This document shows, piece by piece, positions 8,754 through 19,251 of a DNA stretch of 64,000 nt (position 1 is its first letter; every line of letters starts with the position of its first letter). The notes under the pieces were generated by a model. That model worked only from the letters and a program-made list of their open reading frames with translations. It searched no databases and was not told where the DNA came from. This DNA is from an uncultured Oscillospiraceae bacterium (GTDB lineage Bacteria > Bacillota > Clostridia > Oscillospirales > Oscillospiraceae). Location: contig CAJUQN010000002.1 in the NCBI GenBank assembly GCA_910588625.1, positions 60,323-124,322 of the forward strand. Direction: 5' to 3'. The translations under genes were made by a program, and so were the position numbers.

Positions 8754-9782
8754 ATGAGGCTGGTCATTTTTGCGTACAGCCGCCAGGGGTGTGAGACGGC
8801 CCTTCGGGTAAAGGGGGCGCTGCGCGCCCCGGCGGACGAGTGCCGCTGTTACGCCTCAGAAAAGTACGCGGGCGGAGAATTTGAGCCGATCCTTTCACCG
8901 TGCAGCCGGTTCACTGGTCCGCTGTTCGCCTGGGCGGACGCCCTGGTGTTCGTGGGAGCTGTGGGCATCGCGGTGCGGTCCATCGCGCCCTACGTGAGGG
9001 ATAAGCGGACTGACCCGGCGGTGCTCGGCGTGGACGAGCTGGGGAAGTTTGTCATCCCATTGTTATCCGGCCACATCGGCGGAGCTAACGCCTTAGCGGA
9101 ACAGCTGGCGGGAGCTTTGGGGGCCATTCCGGTGGTGACCACCGCCACGGACATCAACGGCAGATTTTCTGTGGACGCCTGGGCGGCCCGGCAGGGGCTG
9201 GCCATCACGAATATGCACGCGGCAAAAGAGGTGTCCGCTGCCATTCTGGAGCGGAACGTCCCCCTGTGCTGTGATTTTCCGATCGCGGGGGAGCTTCCCC
9301 CCGGCACGGAGCCGGGAGAGCTGGGGGATGTGGGCATCTGCATCTCCTGGCGGAAAAGGAAGCCCTTTGCCGAGACCCTTTTGCTGGTGCCCCCTGTGCT
9401 CCATCTGGGGCTGGGGTGCCGCCGGGGGGCGCCGGTGGAGCGCATCAGACAGGCGGTGGAGCAGGTGATGACCGGGCACAAAATCCACCCCAAGGCCGTG
9501 AAATGCGCCGCCTCCATTGACCTGAAAAGGGACGAGGAGGGCTTGCTGGCGTACTGCGCCGAGCGAGGGTGGCCGGTCTCATTTTATAGCGCGGACCAGT
9601 TGGCGGCGCTGGAGGGGGATTTTACGCCCTCCGAGCGTGTCCTCCGGGTGACCGGGGTGGATAACGTGTGCGAACGGGCTGCCATGGTTGGTGCTGACCG
9701 CCTGGTTGTGCGCAAAACCGCCAACAATGGCGTCACCGTAGCCTTGGCCGAGGAGCGCTGGGAGGCGCGGTTCCCCGGCTAA
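8754..9782 (+). CDS. cbiG: cobalt-precorrin-5A hydrolase
   Basis: 342 aa with CbiG N-, middle and C-terminal domain pattern (..VGIAVRSIAP..LLSGHIGGAN..HLGLGCRRG..). SD AAGGAGG is upstream. Confidence 0.85.
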   Translation: MRLVIFAYSRQGCETALRVKGALRAPADECRCYASEKYAGGEFEPILSPCSRFTGPLFAWADALVFVGAVGIAVRSIAPYVRDKRTDPAVLGVDELGKFVIPLLSGHIGGANALAEQLAGALGAIPVVTTATDINGRFSVDAWAARQGLAITNMHAAKEVSAAILERNVPLCCDFPIAGELPPGTEPGELGDVGICISWRKRKPFAETLLLVPPVLHLGLGCRRGAPVERIRQAVEQVMTGHKIHPKAVKCAASIDLKRDEEGLLAYCAERGWPVSFYSADQLAALEGDFTPSERVLRVTGVDNVCERAAMVGADRLVVRKTANNGVTVALAEERWEARFPG

Positions 9783-9804
9783 GCATTTGAAGGAGGCCGG
9801 TCCC

Positions 9805-9833
9805 TTGACAAAGGGGCCGGTGTTCGGTATAAT
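9805..9833 (+). promoter_or_regulatory. consensus sigma-70 promoter (TTGACA-17-TATAAT)
   Basis: TTGACA at 9805-9810 and TATAAT at 9828-9833. The -35 sits in the loop of a weak hairpin that follows cbiG. Confidence 0.7.
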
Positions 9834-9839
9834 GTTTTG

Positions 9840-9958
9840 CAAAGGTCGGCAGGAAGCCGGTCATGGCGCGCCGAAGCGCTCCTCCTGACCTGTGCGGTTT
9901 TAGAAACGTGTACCATGAAGGTACGCACTTCCTCCAAGGGGAAGAGCGTACCTTTTTG
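9840..9958 (+). promoter_or_regulatory. unclassified cis-regulatory leader (candidate riboswitch/attenuator) with terminator-antiterminator
   Basis: The terminator is GGTACGC-A-CTTCC...GGAAG-A-GCGTACC followed by TTTTT (9920-9958). A competing hairpin GTGTACC-atgaa-GGTACGC (9908-9926) uses the terminator's 5' arm. A structured ~65-nt region lies upstream. I found no match to a riboswitch class I can recognise. Confidence 0.5.
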
Positions 9959-10002
9959 TGCGTTTTGGGCGGGTAAAACATCTATTTTAAGGAGGAAATC
10001 CC

Positions 10003-10566
10003 ATGTCGTCTGTGAAGAAAATTACCCTGTGCGGCGTTTGTATCGCCCTGTGCGCGATTCTTCCCCCCGTGTTCCATATGGTGGGGCTGGGGAGCATTTT
10101 GTCCCCCATGCACATTCCCGTTCTGCTGTGCGGCCTGGTGTGCGGCTGGCCCTATGGGCTGTTCTGCGGCGTGGCCGGGCCGCTGGTGGCCCACCTCATC
10201 AATGGCCAGCCCGGCGCGGCTATGCTGGTGTCCATGATCCCCGAGCTGGCGGTGTATGGGCTGGCGTGCGGTCTGATGATGAAGCTGGTCCGTACCAAAA
10301 ACCTGTATGCTGATATTTACTGCTCCCTGGCGCCCGCCATGCTGGCGGGGCGCGTAGTGGGCGGCGTGGCCCGTGCCCTGTTCCTGATGGGCGGCGGCGA
10401 GTCCTATACCCTGGCTATGTGGGCGGGGGCCTATCTGGTCCAGGCCATCCCCGGCATCATTCTACACCTGATTCTGGTTCCGGCCCTGGTGGCGATGCTG
10501 GACCGGGCAAAGCTGATTCCCGCCCGCTATCCCAGCCGGAAGCTGGGGGAAGGCGCGGCGGCGTAA
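10003..10566 (+). CDS. ECF-transporter S-component-like membrane protein (ThiW/CblT-like)
   Basis: 187 aa with 5-6 predicted TM helices and a small Gly/Pro-rich pattern (PMHIPVLLCGLVCGWPYGL..) typical of ECF substrate-capture subunits. SD AAGGAGG is upstream. Confidence 0.55.
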   Translation: MSSVKKITLCGVCIALCAILPPVFHMVGLGSILSPMHIPVLLCGLVCGWPYGLFCGVAGPLVAHLINGQPGAAMLVSMIPELAVYGLACGLMMKLVRTKNLYADIYCSLAPAMLAGRVVGGVARALFLMGGGESYTLAMWAGAYLVQAIPGIILHLILVPALVAMLDRAKLIPARYPSRKLGEGAAA

Positions 10567-10608
10567 AGGCCGCGAAAAACAAAACTGCCTCAGAGGAGAG
10601 AATCCGCC

Positions 10609-11670
10609 ATGTGGGAAGATTTGCGGGAGACGCTAACCGTCCACGCCGGGAAGTACCCGGCCATGACGCCCCAGGACGGGGTGAAGCTGATCTATCAAAA
10701 TGAGTTTGGCGGCGGGCGCCTCATTGCGGACCCGGCCCAGAGCCTGGAACGCCTGCGGGCGGAGTGCGCGGCAGTCCCCCGCGCCCCCTCCGCCCCGCTG
10801 GCGGAGGACATCGGGAACGGCATGGTGCGAATCAATTTGGGCGGGCTTGACCTTGCGGAATACCCGCTGGAGGCGCTGAACCGGGATTTTGTCCGCTCGG
10901 CGGTGCTCCACCGGGGCAGCATGGACGCCTTTCTGGAAAAGTTGAACGTTTTGCGGGAGCTGGCGAAGGAAGGGGCTTTTGGGTTTTCTGCCCAGGAGCT
11001 GGAGGACTATTTGGAGCCCTGCCTGGAATCCGGCTGTCCCCCCGTCTCCCACAGCGGGGCATACCGGGCGGCCTACCGCCCCGCCTACCGTGTGGTCCTG
11101 CGGTCGGCTTGCCTGCCCCTGCTGGTGCGGGAGGTGCGGGCGCTGAGTGAAAAACAGGGCCGGGTCATCGTAGCGCTGGACGGGCGGTGTGCCTCCGGCA
11201 AAACCACCCTGGCGGCACAGTTGGAGGAGCGGCAGGGCTGGAGCGTGGTTCACATGGACCATTTTTTCCTCCGTCCCGAGCAGCGAAATCCGGAACGCTA
11301 CGCCCAGCCCGGCGGCAACATCGACCACGAGCGCTTTTTGGAGGAAGTGCTATTTCCCCTGCGACGGGGGGAGAGGCCGGTGTACCGGCCCTTTGACTGC
11401 CACACCCAAACCCTGCAAGACCCGCTTCCCTTTGCTCCCGGCCCGGTGGTGCTGGTGGAGGGCTCCTATGCCTGCCACCCCGCGTTGCGGGAATATTACG
11501 ACATGCGGGCGTTTCTCACCGTGGACCCGGCGGTCCAGATGGAGCGTATCACAGCCCGGGAGGGCGGGGCCTACGCCCAGGTGTTCCGGGAGAAGTGGAT
11601 ACCTTTAGAAGAGCGGTATTTTTCCGGCTGTGATGTGGAGGCCCAGTGCGATTACCGACTGGAAGTGTAA
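10609..11670 (+). CDS. two-domain protein: unknown N-terminal domain + uridine-kinase-like P-loop kinase
   Basis: 353 aa. The C-terminal half has Walker A DGRCASGKTTLAAQL, followed by VHMDHFF and LVEGSY, the uridine kinase/PRK-like layout. I do not recognise the N-terminal ~165 aa. Confidence 0.55.
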   Translation: MWEDLRETLTVHAGKYPAMTPQDGVKLIYQNEFGGGRLIADPAQSLERLRAECAAVPRAPSAPLAEDIGNGMVRINLGGLDLAEYPLEALNRDFVRSAVLHRGSMDAFLEKLNVLRELAKEGAFGFSAQELEDYLEPCLESGCPPVSHSGAYRAAYRPAYRVVLRSACLPLLVREVRALSEKQGRVIVALDGRCASGKTTLAAQLEERQGWSVVHMDHFFLRPEQRNPERYAQPGGNIDHERFLEEVLFPLRRGERPVYRPFDCHTQTLQDPLPFAPGPVVLVEGSYACHPALREYYDMRAFLTVDPAVQMERITAREGGAYAQVFREKWIPLEERYFSGCDVEAQCDYRLEV

Positions 11671-11708
11671 AAAAGAGCGCGCCTGCAAATCAGGCGCGCT
11701 CTTTTTTC
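11670..11708. terminator. bidirectional rho-independent terminator
   Basis: AAAA-AGAGCGCGCCTG-caaat-CAGGCGCGCTCT-TTTTT, between convergent genes. Confidence 0.8.
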
Positions 11709-12476
11709 TCACAGCGTCCGAAGCACATCCGCCACATTGGCGCAGTGGTTGGGGAAGCGTTCCTTCAAAGCCGGGTCGGCCCCCTCCATGATCCAGGGCC
11801 GTCCCGCAATGGACAGCATGGCCTCGTCGTTGAAGTTGTCCCCGAAGGCCATCACCTCGTCCAGTTCCACGCCCAGGGCGGCGCACAGCTGGGTGAGGCC
11901 CGTCCCCTTGTCCGCCAGAGTGAAATCCACCCACTCCGCTCCGGCCACCGCCACCTGGAAATGATTCTTCCAGGGCTTGGCCAGGGCCAGCCAGGTTTCC
12001 TCCAGCCGTCCGGGGCAGTAGGCGGCGATCTTGACGATGTCCTCCGGCACGTCCTCCGGCCGGGGGATCAGGGTGATATTGTTCCCCTTGCTCTCCATCA
12101 GGTCAACGATTTCCCGGTCCTTGGGACAAAGGTAGCTGGTGTTTTCCCCGGAAATAAGCACATCCACCCCCCGCAGGGCGATGATGCTCCGGCACAGCTG
12201 TTCCGCCAGGGCGCGGTCCATGACGGTCTTGTCCAGCACCGGACCGGGGTTTCCCGGACCGAACACTACCGCTCCATTCTCGCATAGGAAAGGCGCCTTG
12301 TCCGCCACAGGGGCAAACAGCTTGCGCAGACTGGTGTACTGCCTCCCGCTGGCAGGGGCGAACAGGATGCCCTTGCGCTCCAGGCGGTCGATCTCCTCAA
12401 AAATCTCGGCTGGGATATCCGACTCCCCGTAGGGAAGCAAAGTGCCGTCAATGTCGCTGGCAACAAGCCGTATCAT
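11709..12476 (-). CDS. Cof-type HAD-IIB phosphatase
   Basis: The N-terminus VASDIDGTLL is HAD motif I, and GDNFNDEAML is motif IV. It lies 15 nt downstream of the response regulator gene, so it is probably co-transcribed. Confidence 0.8.
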   Translation of the reverse strand: MIRLVASDIDGTLLPYGESDIPAEIFEEIDRLERKGILFAPASGRQYTSLRKLFAPVADKAPFLCENGAVVFGPGNPGPVLDKTVMDRALAEQLCRSIIALRGVDVLISGENTSYLCPKDREIVDLMESKGNNITLIPRPEDVPEDIVKIAAYCPGRLEETWLALAKPWKNHFQVAVAGAEWVDFTLADKGTGLTQLCAALGVELDEVMAFGDNFNDEAMLSIAGRPWIMEGADPALKERFPNHCANVADVLRTL

Positions 12477-12491
12477 GGTAATTCTCTCCTT

Positions 12492-13247
12492 TTATCTACT
12501 GGTGTCCTGGTACTCGGAGGGGGACATCCCCACCAGCTTTTTGAAGGTGGCGGAGAAATAGTTGATATCCTTGTAACCCACCTGCTCCGCCACCTCATAG
12601 ACCTTGGCCCGGCAGTCCCGTAAAAGCTCCATGGCTTTGTGGACGCGGTAGCGGGTCAGGTAATTGTTGAGGGTATAGTCCGTCTCCTTTTTGAACAGGT
12701 GGCTCAAGTGCCCCTCGCTGAGCCCCAAATGCTGGGCGATGGCCCCTACGTTGATGCCGGGGTCGTTGTAATGGGCGCCGATGTAGTCCATGGCCTCCAA
12801 CACATACTTGCTCTTGTCGCCCTTTTTCAGGCCCATGAAGAGGGAGCCGGTCCGATTCTCCTCCCTGGAAACGGGTTCCATCCGGCGGCGCAGGTTGGTG
12901 ACGGCCTGCTCCAGATCCCCGTCGTGGAAGGGCTTGAGCAGAAAGTCCACCGCCCCCAGCCGCAGGGCGGACTGGGCATACTCGAAGCTGTCGTAGGCGG
13001 TGAGGATGATGACATAGGCCCCGCACCCCCGCTCCCGCAGGCGGCGGAGCATCTCCAGCCCGTCCATTTTGGGCATTTTCAGGTCGGTGATGATGAGGGT
13101 GGGGTCATAGCGCTCCGCGGCGTCCAGGGCCTCCTCGCCGTTGGACGCCTCCCCCACCACCACGCAGTCCAGGGCGGCCCAGTCCACCGCCAGCACGATG
13201 CCTTTTCGGATCAGCTCCTCGTCCTCTACCACTAAGACCTTCAGCAT
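12492..13247 (-). CDS. two-component response regulator, REC + AraC-type HTH (YesN-like)
   Basis: MLKVLVVEDEELIRKG..ITDLKMPKMDG is the REC domain. The C-terminus has an AraC HTH (..YLTRYRVHKAMELL..VGYKDINYFSATFKK). The start was chosen at MLKV; the track ORF carries a spurious N-terminal extension into the kinase gene. Confidence 0.85.
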   Translation of the reverse strand: MLKVLVVEDEELIRKGIVLAVDWAALDCVVVGEASNGEEALDAAERYDPTLIITDLKMPKMDGLEMLRRLRERGCGAYVIILTAYDSFEYAQSALRLGAVDFLLKPFHDGDLEQAVTNLRRRMEPVSREENRTGSLFMGLKKGDKSKYVLEAMDYIGAHYNDPGINVGAIAQHLGLSEGHLSHLFKKETDYTLNNYLTRYRVHKAMELLRDCRAKVYEVAEQVGYKDINYFSATFKKLVGMSPSEYQDTSR

Positions 13248-14950
13248 TCCGCGCCCTCCTCCCGGCGGACGGGCAGGATGGCCGTTACCACGGCCCCTGT
13301 GCCGTCCGCGCCGTTTTCCAGGGTCAAGCCATAGCTCTCTCCGTAATACTTTAACAGGATGGTGTCCACGTTGTAAAGCCCTAAATGTCCCTTTGGCTGG
13401 TCGATCTGCCGGAACCGGCCCAGCATATTCGGGGGGAAGCCTTTGCCGTTGTCGGCGACGGTGATACACAGCAGGCCGTCCGCCGTCTTGGAAATGTCCA
13501 CATGGACCATACCGTTTTCCACCCCTTCCACCCCGTGGAGAATGGCGTTTTCCACGATGGGCTGGAGGATCATTTTGGGCGCCAGGCAGGTCTCCAGCTC
13601 CGCCGGCAGGGACTGGGTGAAGGTGAAGGAGTCGGACAGCCGGATGCGTTGGATCTCGATGTAGCGCTCCAAAATTTCCGCCTCACGGCCCAGGGGGGCG
13701 AACTCTTCCGGGGAGATGCAGAAGCGCAGGATGTCCGCCAGGTCGGTGGACATCAGCGCCACCTGGGGCACCTTGTTGATCTTGCTGATCCACTTCATGG
13801 TGTCCAGGGTGTTGCAGAGAAAGTGGGGGTTGAGCTGGGCTTGCAACATCCGGATCTGCGCCTCGTTCAGCTCCCGCTGGTTTTCCACCAGCTGCTCCCG
13901 GTTGCGCTTGAGGGCTGTTACCATGTTGTTGAACCGCTGGGCCAGCTCGCCCAGCTCGTCGTTCCGGTGCTGGGCGACCTGCACATCCAGGTTGTCCTGC
14001 TCCACCTCCCGAATGGCCCCCCGCAGCTGGGCAATGGGCCGGAACATCTGGCGGCTGAGGCTGAGGCTCAGCAGAACGGAGATCACGACGCAAATGAGGG
14101 CGCAGGAGGCGCTGACGGTGTACATCAGGCCCATGGTGCCCTGGGTGAACACCTGAGGTCGGCGGAGGACCAGATACAAGCCGGTGTCCTGGTGATGCTC
14201 CACGCTGTATAAAAAGTCGTCGGAGGCGCCCTCCAGCTTTTGGCCGGACAGCAGACGGCTTCGGAGCTGAGGAGCCAGGGACACGGCCAGGGACGGCTGG
14301 GCGCAGTACACCGGCCGCCAATAGCCGCTGAGCAGAATCAGCGTGCCCTGGGTTCCGTAGGTGCCCTCCAACAGCTGGCGCAGGTCGGACTGATACAGGC
14401 TGATGACCAGGTACCCCGCCTGGGTCCCGTCTCGCCCCGTGAGGACCGCCGCCCCCTGGAGCAGGGGCGAGGCGTCGTCGGTTGGGTCCTGACAGGCGGT
14501 GAAAACCAGGCCCTCCCGCCCCCGAGCGTGGTGGAGGGGGCCCCAATCGGTGGGCATATGGGCGTGGCTGGGCCCGTTCCGGGTGGAGTAGCGCCAGTTT
14601 CCATCGCTGTCGTACAAATCAAATTGGGCGTAGTCCCGGGCGCCGGCGGTGGCGGCGTAGAGGCGGGCATATACCTGGGTGTCTTCGGCGGTGTCGTCGG
14701 TGAGGGCACGGAGCACCAGCGGGTCCTTTTGGAGCTCCTCTGCCGCGCGGGAGAAATTGACATACCCTTCGTCCAGCGCGTGGAGGGCGCTGTTCAGGTG
14801 GTCCCGCGCCTCTTCCTCCGCCACATCGGTCATCCGCAGGCGAAAGATTTGCAGAAGCATGGAGGAGCAGACCAGCAGCGGCACCAGCGCCGCCGCCAAA
14901 AACGCCGCGAACAGCCGAAATTGGAACGAGGCGGCCGGCGGCTTTTTCAT
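13241..14950 (-). CDS. sensor histidine kinase (YesM/LytS-type His_kinase + HATPase)
   Basis: 569 aa. Two TM segments flank a ~250-aa extracytoplasmic domain, followed by HAMP. LNPHFLCNTL is the PF06580-type H-box, and the C-terminus has an ATPase domain. Confidence 0.85.
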   Translation of the reverse strand: MKKPPAASFQFRLFAAFLAAALVPLLVCSSMLLQIFRLRMTDVAEEEARDHLNSALHALDEGYVNFSRAAEELQKDPLVLRALTDDTAEDTQVYARLYAATAGARDYAQFDLYDSDGNWRYSTRNGPSHAHMPTDWGPLHHARGREGLVFTACQDPTDDASPLLQGAAVLTGRDGTQAGYLVISLYQSDLRQLLEGTYGTQGTLILLSGYWRPVYCAQPSLAVSLAPQLRSRLLSGQKLEGASDDFLYSVEHHQDTGLYLVLRRPQVFTQGTMGLMYTVSASCALICVVISVLLSLSLSRQMFRPIAQLRGAIREVEQDNLDVQVAQHRNDELGELAQRFNNMVTALKRNREQLVENQRELNEAQIRMLQAQLNPHFLCNTLDTMKWISKINKVPQVALMSTDLADILRFCISPEEFAPLGREAEILERYIEIQRIRLSDSFTFTQSLPAELETCLAPKMILQPIVENAILHGVEGVENGMVHVDISKTADGLLCITVADNGKGFPPNMLGRFRQIDQPKGHLGLYNVDTILLKYYGESYGLTLENGADGTGAVVTAILPVRREEGAEC

Positions 14951-15975
14951 GACACGTCCCCCTCAAAGTAAAAGGCCCAGGTCATTAGAATGGCCTCCCG
15001 CTGTTCCACGGCCCGGCCCAGGTCGTAGCCGGCCATAGGGAGCTGGTCCAGGCCGGGCAGGCCGGGGGCGGGTTCCACGTCGTCCCGGACGGAGCGGCGG
15101 CAGAACTGGTTGACCAACAGGGACTGGACCTCCGGACTGACGGTGAAGTCCAGGAACAGCTTGGCGTTTTCCCCATGGGGCGCGCCCTTGACAATGGCGC
15201 TGCCATCGGGGACACAGCTCAAGCCGTCCTGGGGGTAAACCATGGCGATGTTCTTCTCCTCGGCGATGCGCTTGAGGGCGCTCTCCTCCAGGGTGACGCC
15301 CGCCAGGGCGTCACCGTCCGCCACGGCGGTGAGCACCTTGCCGGAGGAGTCCAGCTGAACGCCCCCCAGGTTTTGAGCGAAGCGGCGGATAACGTCCTCC
15401 TGCTCCCCGCCCAGGGCGGTCAGCATGGTGACAAGCTCCGTATAGGACGAGCCGGACACCGCCGGGTCAGTGAAGGCGATTTTTCCGTTCAAATCCGGGT
15501 CCAGAAGGTCGGCCCATTGCGTGACCTGGTTCGGGGCCACTAATTTTGTATTGTAGATCAGCACCACAGGCAGCGCGGAGAAGGGGGTCCACAGCTGGTC
15601 CGGGGAGCGGAAGCGCTCCAGAATATGGTCCGCCCCGGCGCAGGTGTAGGGGACGAAGCAGTCCTGATAGGTGGCAAGGCTCTCCACCCCGCCGCCGAAC
15701 ATCACGTCGGCCCGGGGGGAGGATTTTTCCTGGTCCAGCCGCTCCAAAAGCTCGCTGGTGGCGCTGTATACCACGTCCACCCAGATGCCGGTGCGCTCCT
15801 CAAACTCCTTGACAATGGGCTGCCACACCTCCTCCTTGTGGGAGGTGTACACCACCAGGCGGCGGTTCTCGCCGGGAGCGTGGTCCGGAGCGGAGATTTC
15901 CGCGCCGGGTGCGCAGCCCACCAGGGTCAACAGAAGGGCCAGGACCAGCAGTGCGGACAGCGTCTTTTTTTTCAT
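14947..15975 (-). CDS. lipoprotein, type-2 periplasmic-binding-fold solute-binding protein (Fbp/Afu-like), probable sensor partner
   Basis: Has a lipobox (LLLTLVGCA) and resembles the Fe3+/thiamine-type SBP family. Its stop overlaps the kinase start (ATGA). Confidence 0.75.
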   Translation of the reverse strand: MKKKTLSALLVLALLLTLVGCAPGAEISAPDHAPGENRRLVVYTSHKEEVWQPIVKEFEERTGIWVDVVYSATSELLERLDQEKSSPRADVMFGGGVESLATYQDCFVPYTCAGADHILERFRSPDQLWTPFSALPVVLIYNTKLVAPNQVTQWADLLDPDLNGKIAFTDPAVSGSSYTELVTMLTALGGEQEDVIRRFAQNLGGVQLDSSGKVLTAVADGDALAGVTLEESALKRIAEEKNIAMVYPQDGLSCVPDGSAIVKGAPHGENAKLFLDFTVSPEVQSLLVNQFCRRSVRDDVEPAPGLPGLDQLPMAGYDLGRAVEQREAILMTWAFYFEGDVS

Positions 15976-16001
15976 GCGGACTCTCCCCTCCTTTTCCTGT
16001 G

Positions 16002-16038
16002 ATTATACCATAGGCGGCGGGAAACGGCCACAGTTTCC
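16002..16038 (-). promoter_or_regulatory. extended -10 promoter (TGGTATAAT) with upstream GGAAACTGT motif
   Basis: The minus strand reads ..GGAAACTGTGGCCGTTTCCCGCCGCCTATGGTATAAT.., ending ~26 nt upstream of the SBP ATG. The -35 is weak. Confidence 0.4.
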
Positions 16039-16060
16039 ACATATTTTTTCATCAAAGACA

Positions 16061-16086
16061 GGGGCGGAGGTTTGACCCTCCGCCCC
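16061..16086 (-). terminator. rho-independent terminator after ABC ATPase gene
   Basis: GGGGCGGAGGG-tcaaa-CCTCCGCCCC followed by a T-rich tract on the minus strand. Confidence 0.6.
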
Positions 16087-16093
16087 GTTATTA

Positions 16094-17389
<1,296 letters not shown>

Positions 17390-17392
17390 GGT

Positions 17393-19222
17393 TTAACCTC
17401 CTATTCCCTTGTCCAGGCTGGCGCCGGTGACCTTGTTGACCAAAGTGTTGCAGACAAGAATGGTGACGATCAAAATCAGGTTGATGCCGCTGGAAAAGGC
17501 GTACAGGCCCATCTCGTCGAAATAGTCCAGGGTGGTGGACAGGATGAAGCCCTGGGTGCACAGCAGCAGGAACAGGGACAGCTCCCGCAGGCAGGTCATG
17601 AAGGGCAGCAGATAGCCGCTGATGATGGACGATTTCTGGATGGGAATGATGATGCGGGTCATGCGCTTGATCCAGGGGATGTCCTGGATGATGGCCGCCT
17701 CCTCGATCTCGCCGGACAGCTGGAGCATGGAGTTGAGGGAGCTGCGGCTGGCAAAGGGGATGTACTTCACCGTACCCGCTATGATGAGCAGGGTGTAGGT
17801 GTTGAACAGGTTGATATACTGGTTGGAGAACAGGATGAAAAAGGCCACGCCAACAGCGATGGAGGGCATGAGGTAGGGCAGGAAGGCCATGCTGTTGACG
17901 TAATTGGCCCATTTACTTCGCCGGTTTTTGGCCACGGCATAGCCGATGAGGGTGCCGATGGTGCCCGCCAGCAGGGCGCAGGACACGCTGACCAGCATGG
18001 TGCCCTTGAAGGCCCGCCAGATCGTCTCGTTGTGGAGGATGCCCTTCTGGCCGTACATCCCGTTTTCCGACACGTTCTCATCCGTGACCCACCATTTGGT
18101 GGTCAAATTGTTGGGGTCGCCGGTATACAGGAAGGAATAGTCGCCGGGGTTGGGCAGGAAAGTCTCAAAGGCGAAGGACACGATGGGGAAAATGCTGGTG
18201 AAGAAGGTGACGATGACCAGAATCAGGGCGATGACGTATTTCCCCACCTTGCCCAGATTGAACTTGGAGCTCTGGCCCGCCTTGCCGGACACGGTGGTGT
18301 AGCTCTTCCGGCTGGTGAGGGAGATCTGGTTCAGCAGCATAATGGCCACGCCGAACACCATCATGATGATGGCCAGGATGCTGGCCTCGCCAGTGAACTT
18401 GGAGTTCATGGACACGTATTTGGTGGACAAAGTGGTCAGGCCCAGGTAGTGGGGCACCGGGTAGGAACCCATGGAGCTGCCGAACACCAGCAGGATGGTG
18501 GACAAAATGGCGGGCTTGACCATGGGCAGGGTGATTTTGAGCATGGTTTTCCAGCGGGGGGTGTCCAGGATAGTGGCGGCCTCCTCCAGATTGGCGTCCA
18601 TATTGCGGAAAATGCCGCCGATGAGGATATAGGCGAAGGGGGCGTAGTGCAGGCCCAGCACCACCAGACTGGGGAACAGCCCCTTGCACCACCACAGGGG
18701 CATCTCAATGCCGAACATGGCGGCCAGCAGGCCGTTGGAGCCGCCGGTGACGGTGTTGGAGTTAAACATATTCTGCCACACCACGGCCAGGGTCCACTGG
18801 GGCATGATGTAGGGGAAGATGAAGATGGAGCTCAAATACTTCCTCCACGCCAGGTTGGTGCGGGTGATCAGGAAGGCGAACACGCCGCCGAACAGAATGG
18901 CCACCACGCAGGTGCCCACCGCCAGCCACACGGTGTTGAGCAGCGGCGTCCACAGATTGGCCTTGGCCAGCTTGCTGGTGAACAGGTCAATGTAGTTCAC
19001 CGTGGTATAGCCCGACGCCTGTCCGGTGAGGTGGGCGTCGATGGTGCCGGGGTGAATTTTGAAGGTATCCTCCACGATGGCGATGATGGGGGCCACAGTG
19101 CTGAAGGTGAGCACAATGCCCATCAGCAGGAGGATGACATTGTGGGGCTTGGAAAAGTAGGTCTTGAGCCTGTTGAGCAGGATGGTGGAGCGGCTTGCCT
19201 GGAGGGTGCTGGACTGGTCCAT
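17393..19222 (-). CDS. ABC transporter permease, fused double-TMD (FbpB/ThiP-like)
   Basis: About 609 aa with two BPD-transporter-like halves of many TM helices each. The start was set at MDQSSTL, which has AAAGGAG 5 nt upstream. Confidence 0.85.
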   Translation of the reverse strand: MDQSSTLQASRSTILLNRLKTYFSKPHNVILLLMGIVLTFSTVAPIIAIVEDTFKIHPGTIDAHLTGQASGYTTVNYIDLFTSKLAKANLWTPLLNTVWLAVGTCVVAILFGGVFAFLITRTNLAWRKYLSSIFIFPYIMPQWTLAVVWQNMFNSNTVTGGSNGLLAAMFGIEMPLWWCKGLFPSLVVLGLHYAPFAYILIGGIFRNMDANLEEAATILDTPRWKTMLKITLPMVKPAILSTILLVFGSSMGSYPVPHYLGLTTLSTKYVSMNSKFTGEASILAIIMMVFGVAIMLLNQISLTSRKSYTTVSGKAGQSSKFNLGKVGKYVIALILVIVTFFTSIFPIVSFAFETFLPNPGDYSFLYTGDPNNLTTKWWVTDENVSENGMYGQKGILHNETIWRAFKGTMLVSVSCALLAGTIGTLIGYAVAKNRRSKWANYVNSMAFLPYLMPSIAVGVAFFILFSNQYINLFNTYTLLIIAGTVKYIPFASRSSLNSMLQLSGEIEEAAIIQDIPWIKRMTRIIIPIQKSSIISGYLLPFMTCLRELSLFLLLCTQGFILSTTLDYFDEMGLYAFSSGINLILIVTILVCNTLVNKVTGASLDKGIGG

Positions 19223-19251
19223 GAGATCACTCCTTTTTGACCGGGATGGCA

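Noticed and set aside
9863-9976. A 37-codon ORF (MARRSAPPDLCGF...) inside the S-component leader, as a possible leader peptide.
   Set aside because: It shows no enrichment for any amino acid that would suggest codon sensing. It spans the terminator itself, and its SD (AGGAAG) is weak. RNA-structure-based control seems more likely.
12492-13469. N-terminally extended versions of several track ORFs. Examples are the response regulator, cbiH (to 5107), cbiF (to 5894), aroC (to 29585), ntpI (to 49749), the SBP (to 20928) and DUF896 (to 63878).
   Set aside because: The extensions overlap the preceding gene, are low-complexity and have no SD. Internal ATGs with good SDs give canonical family N-termini.
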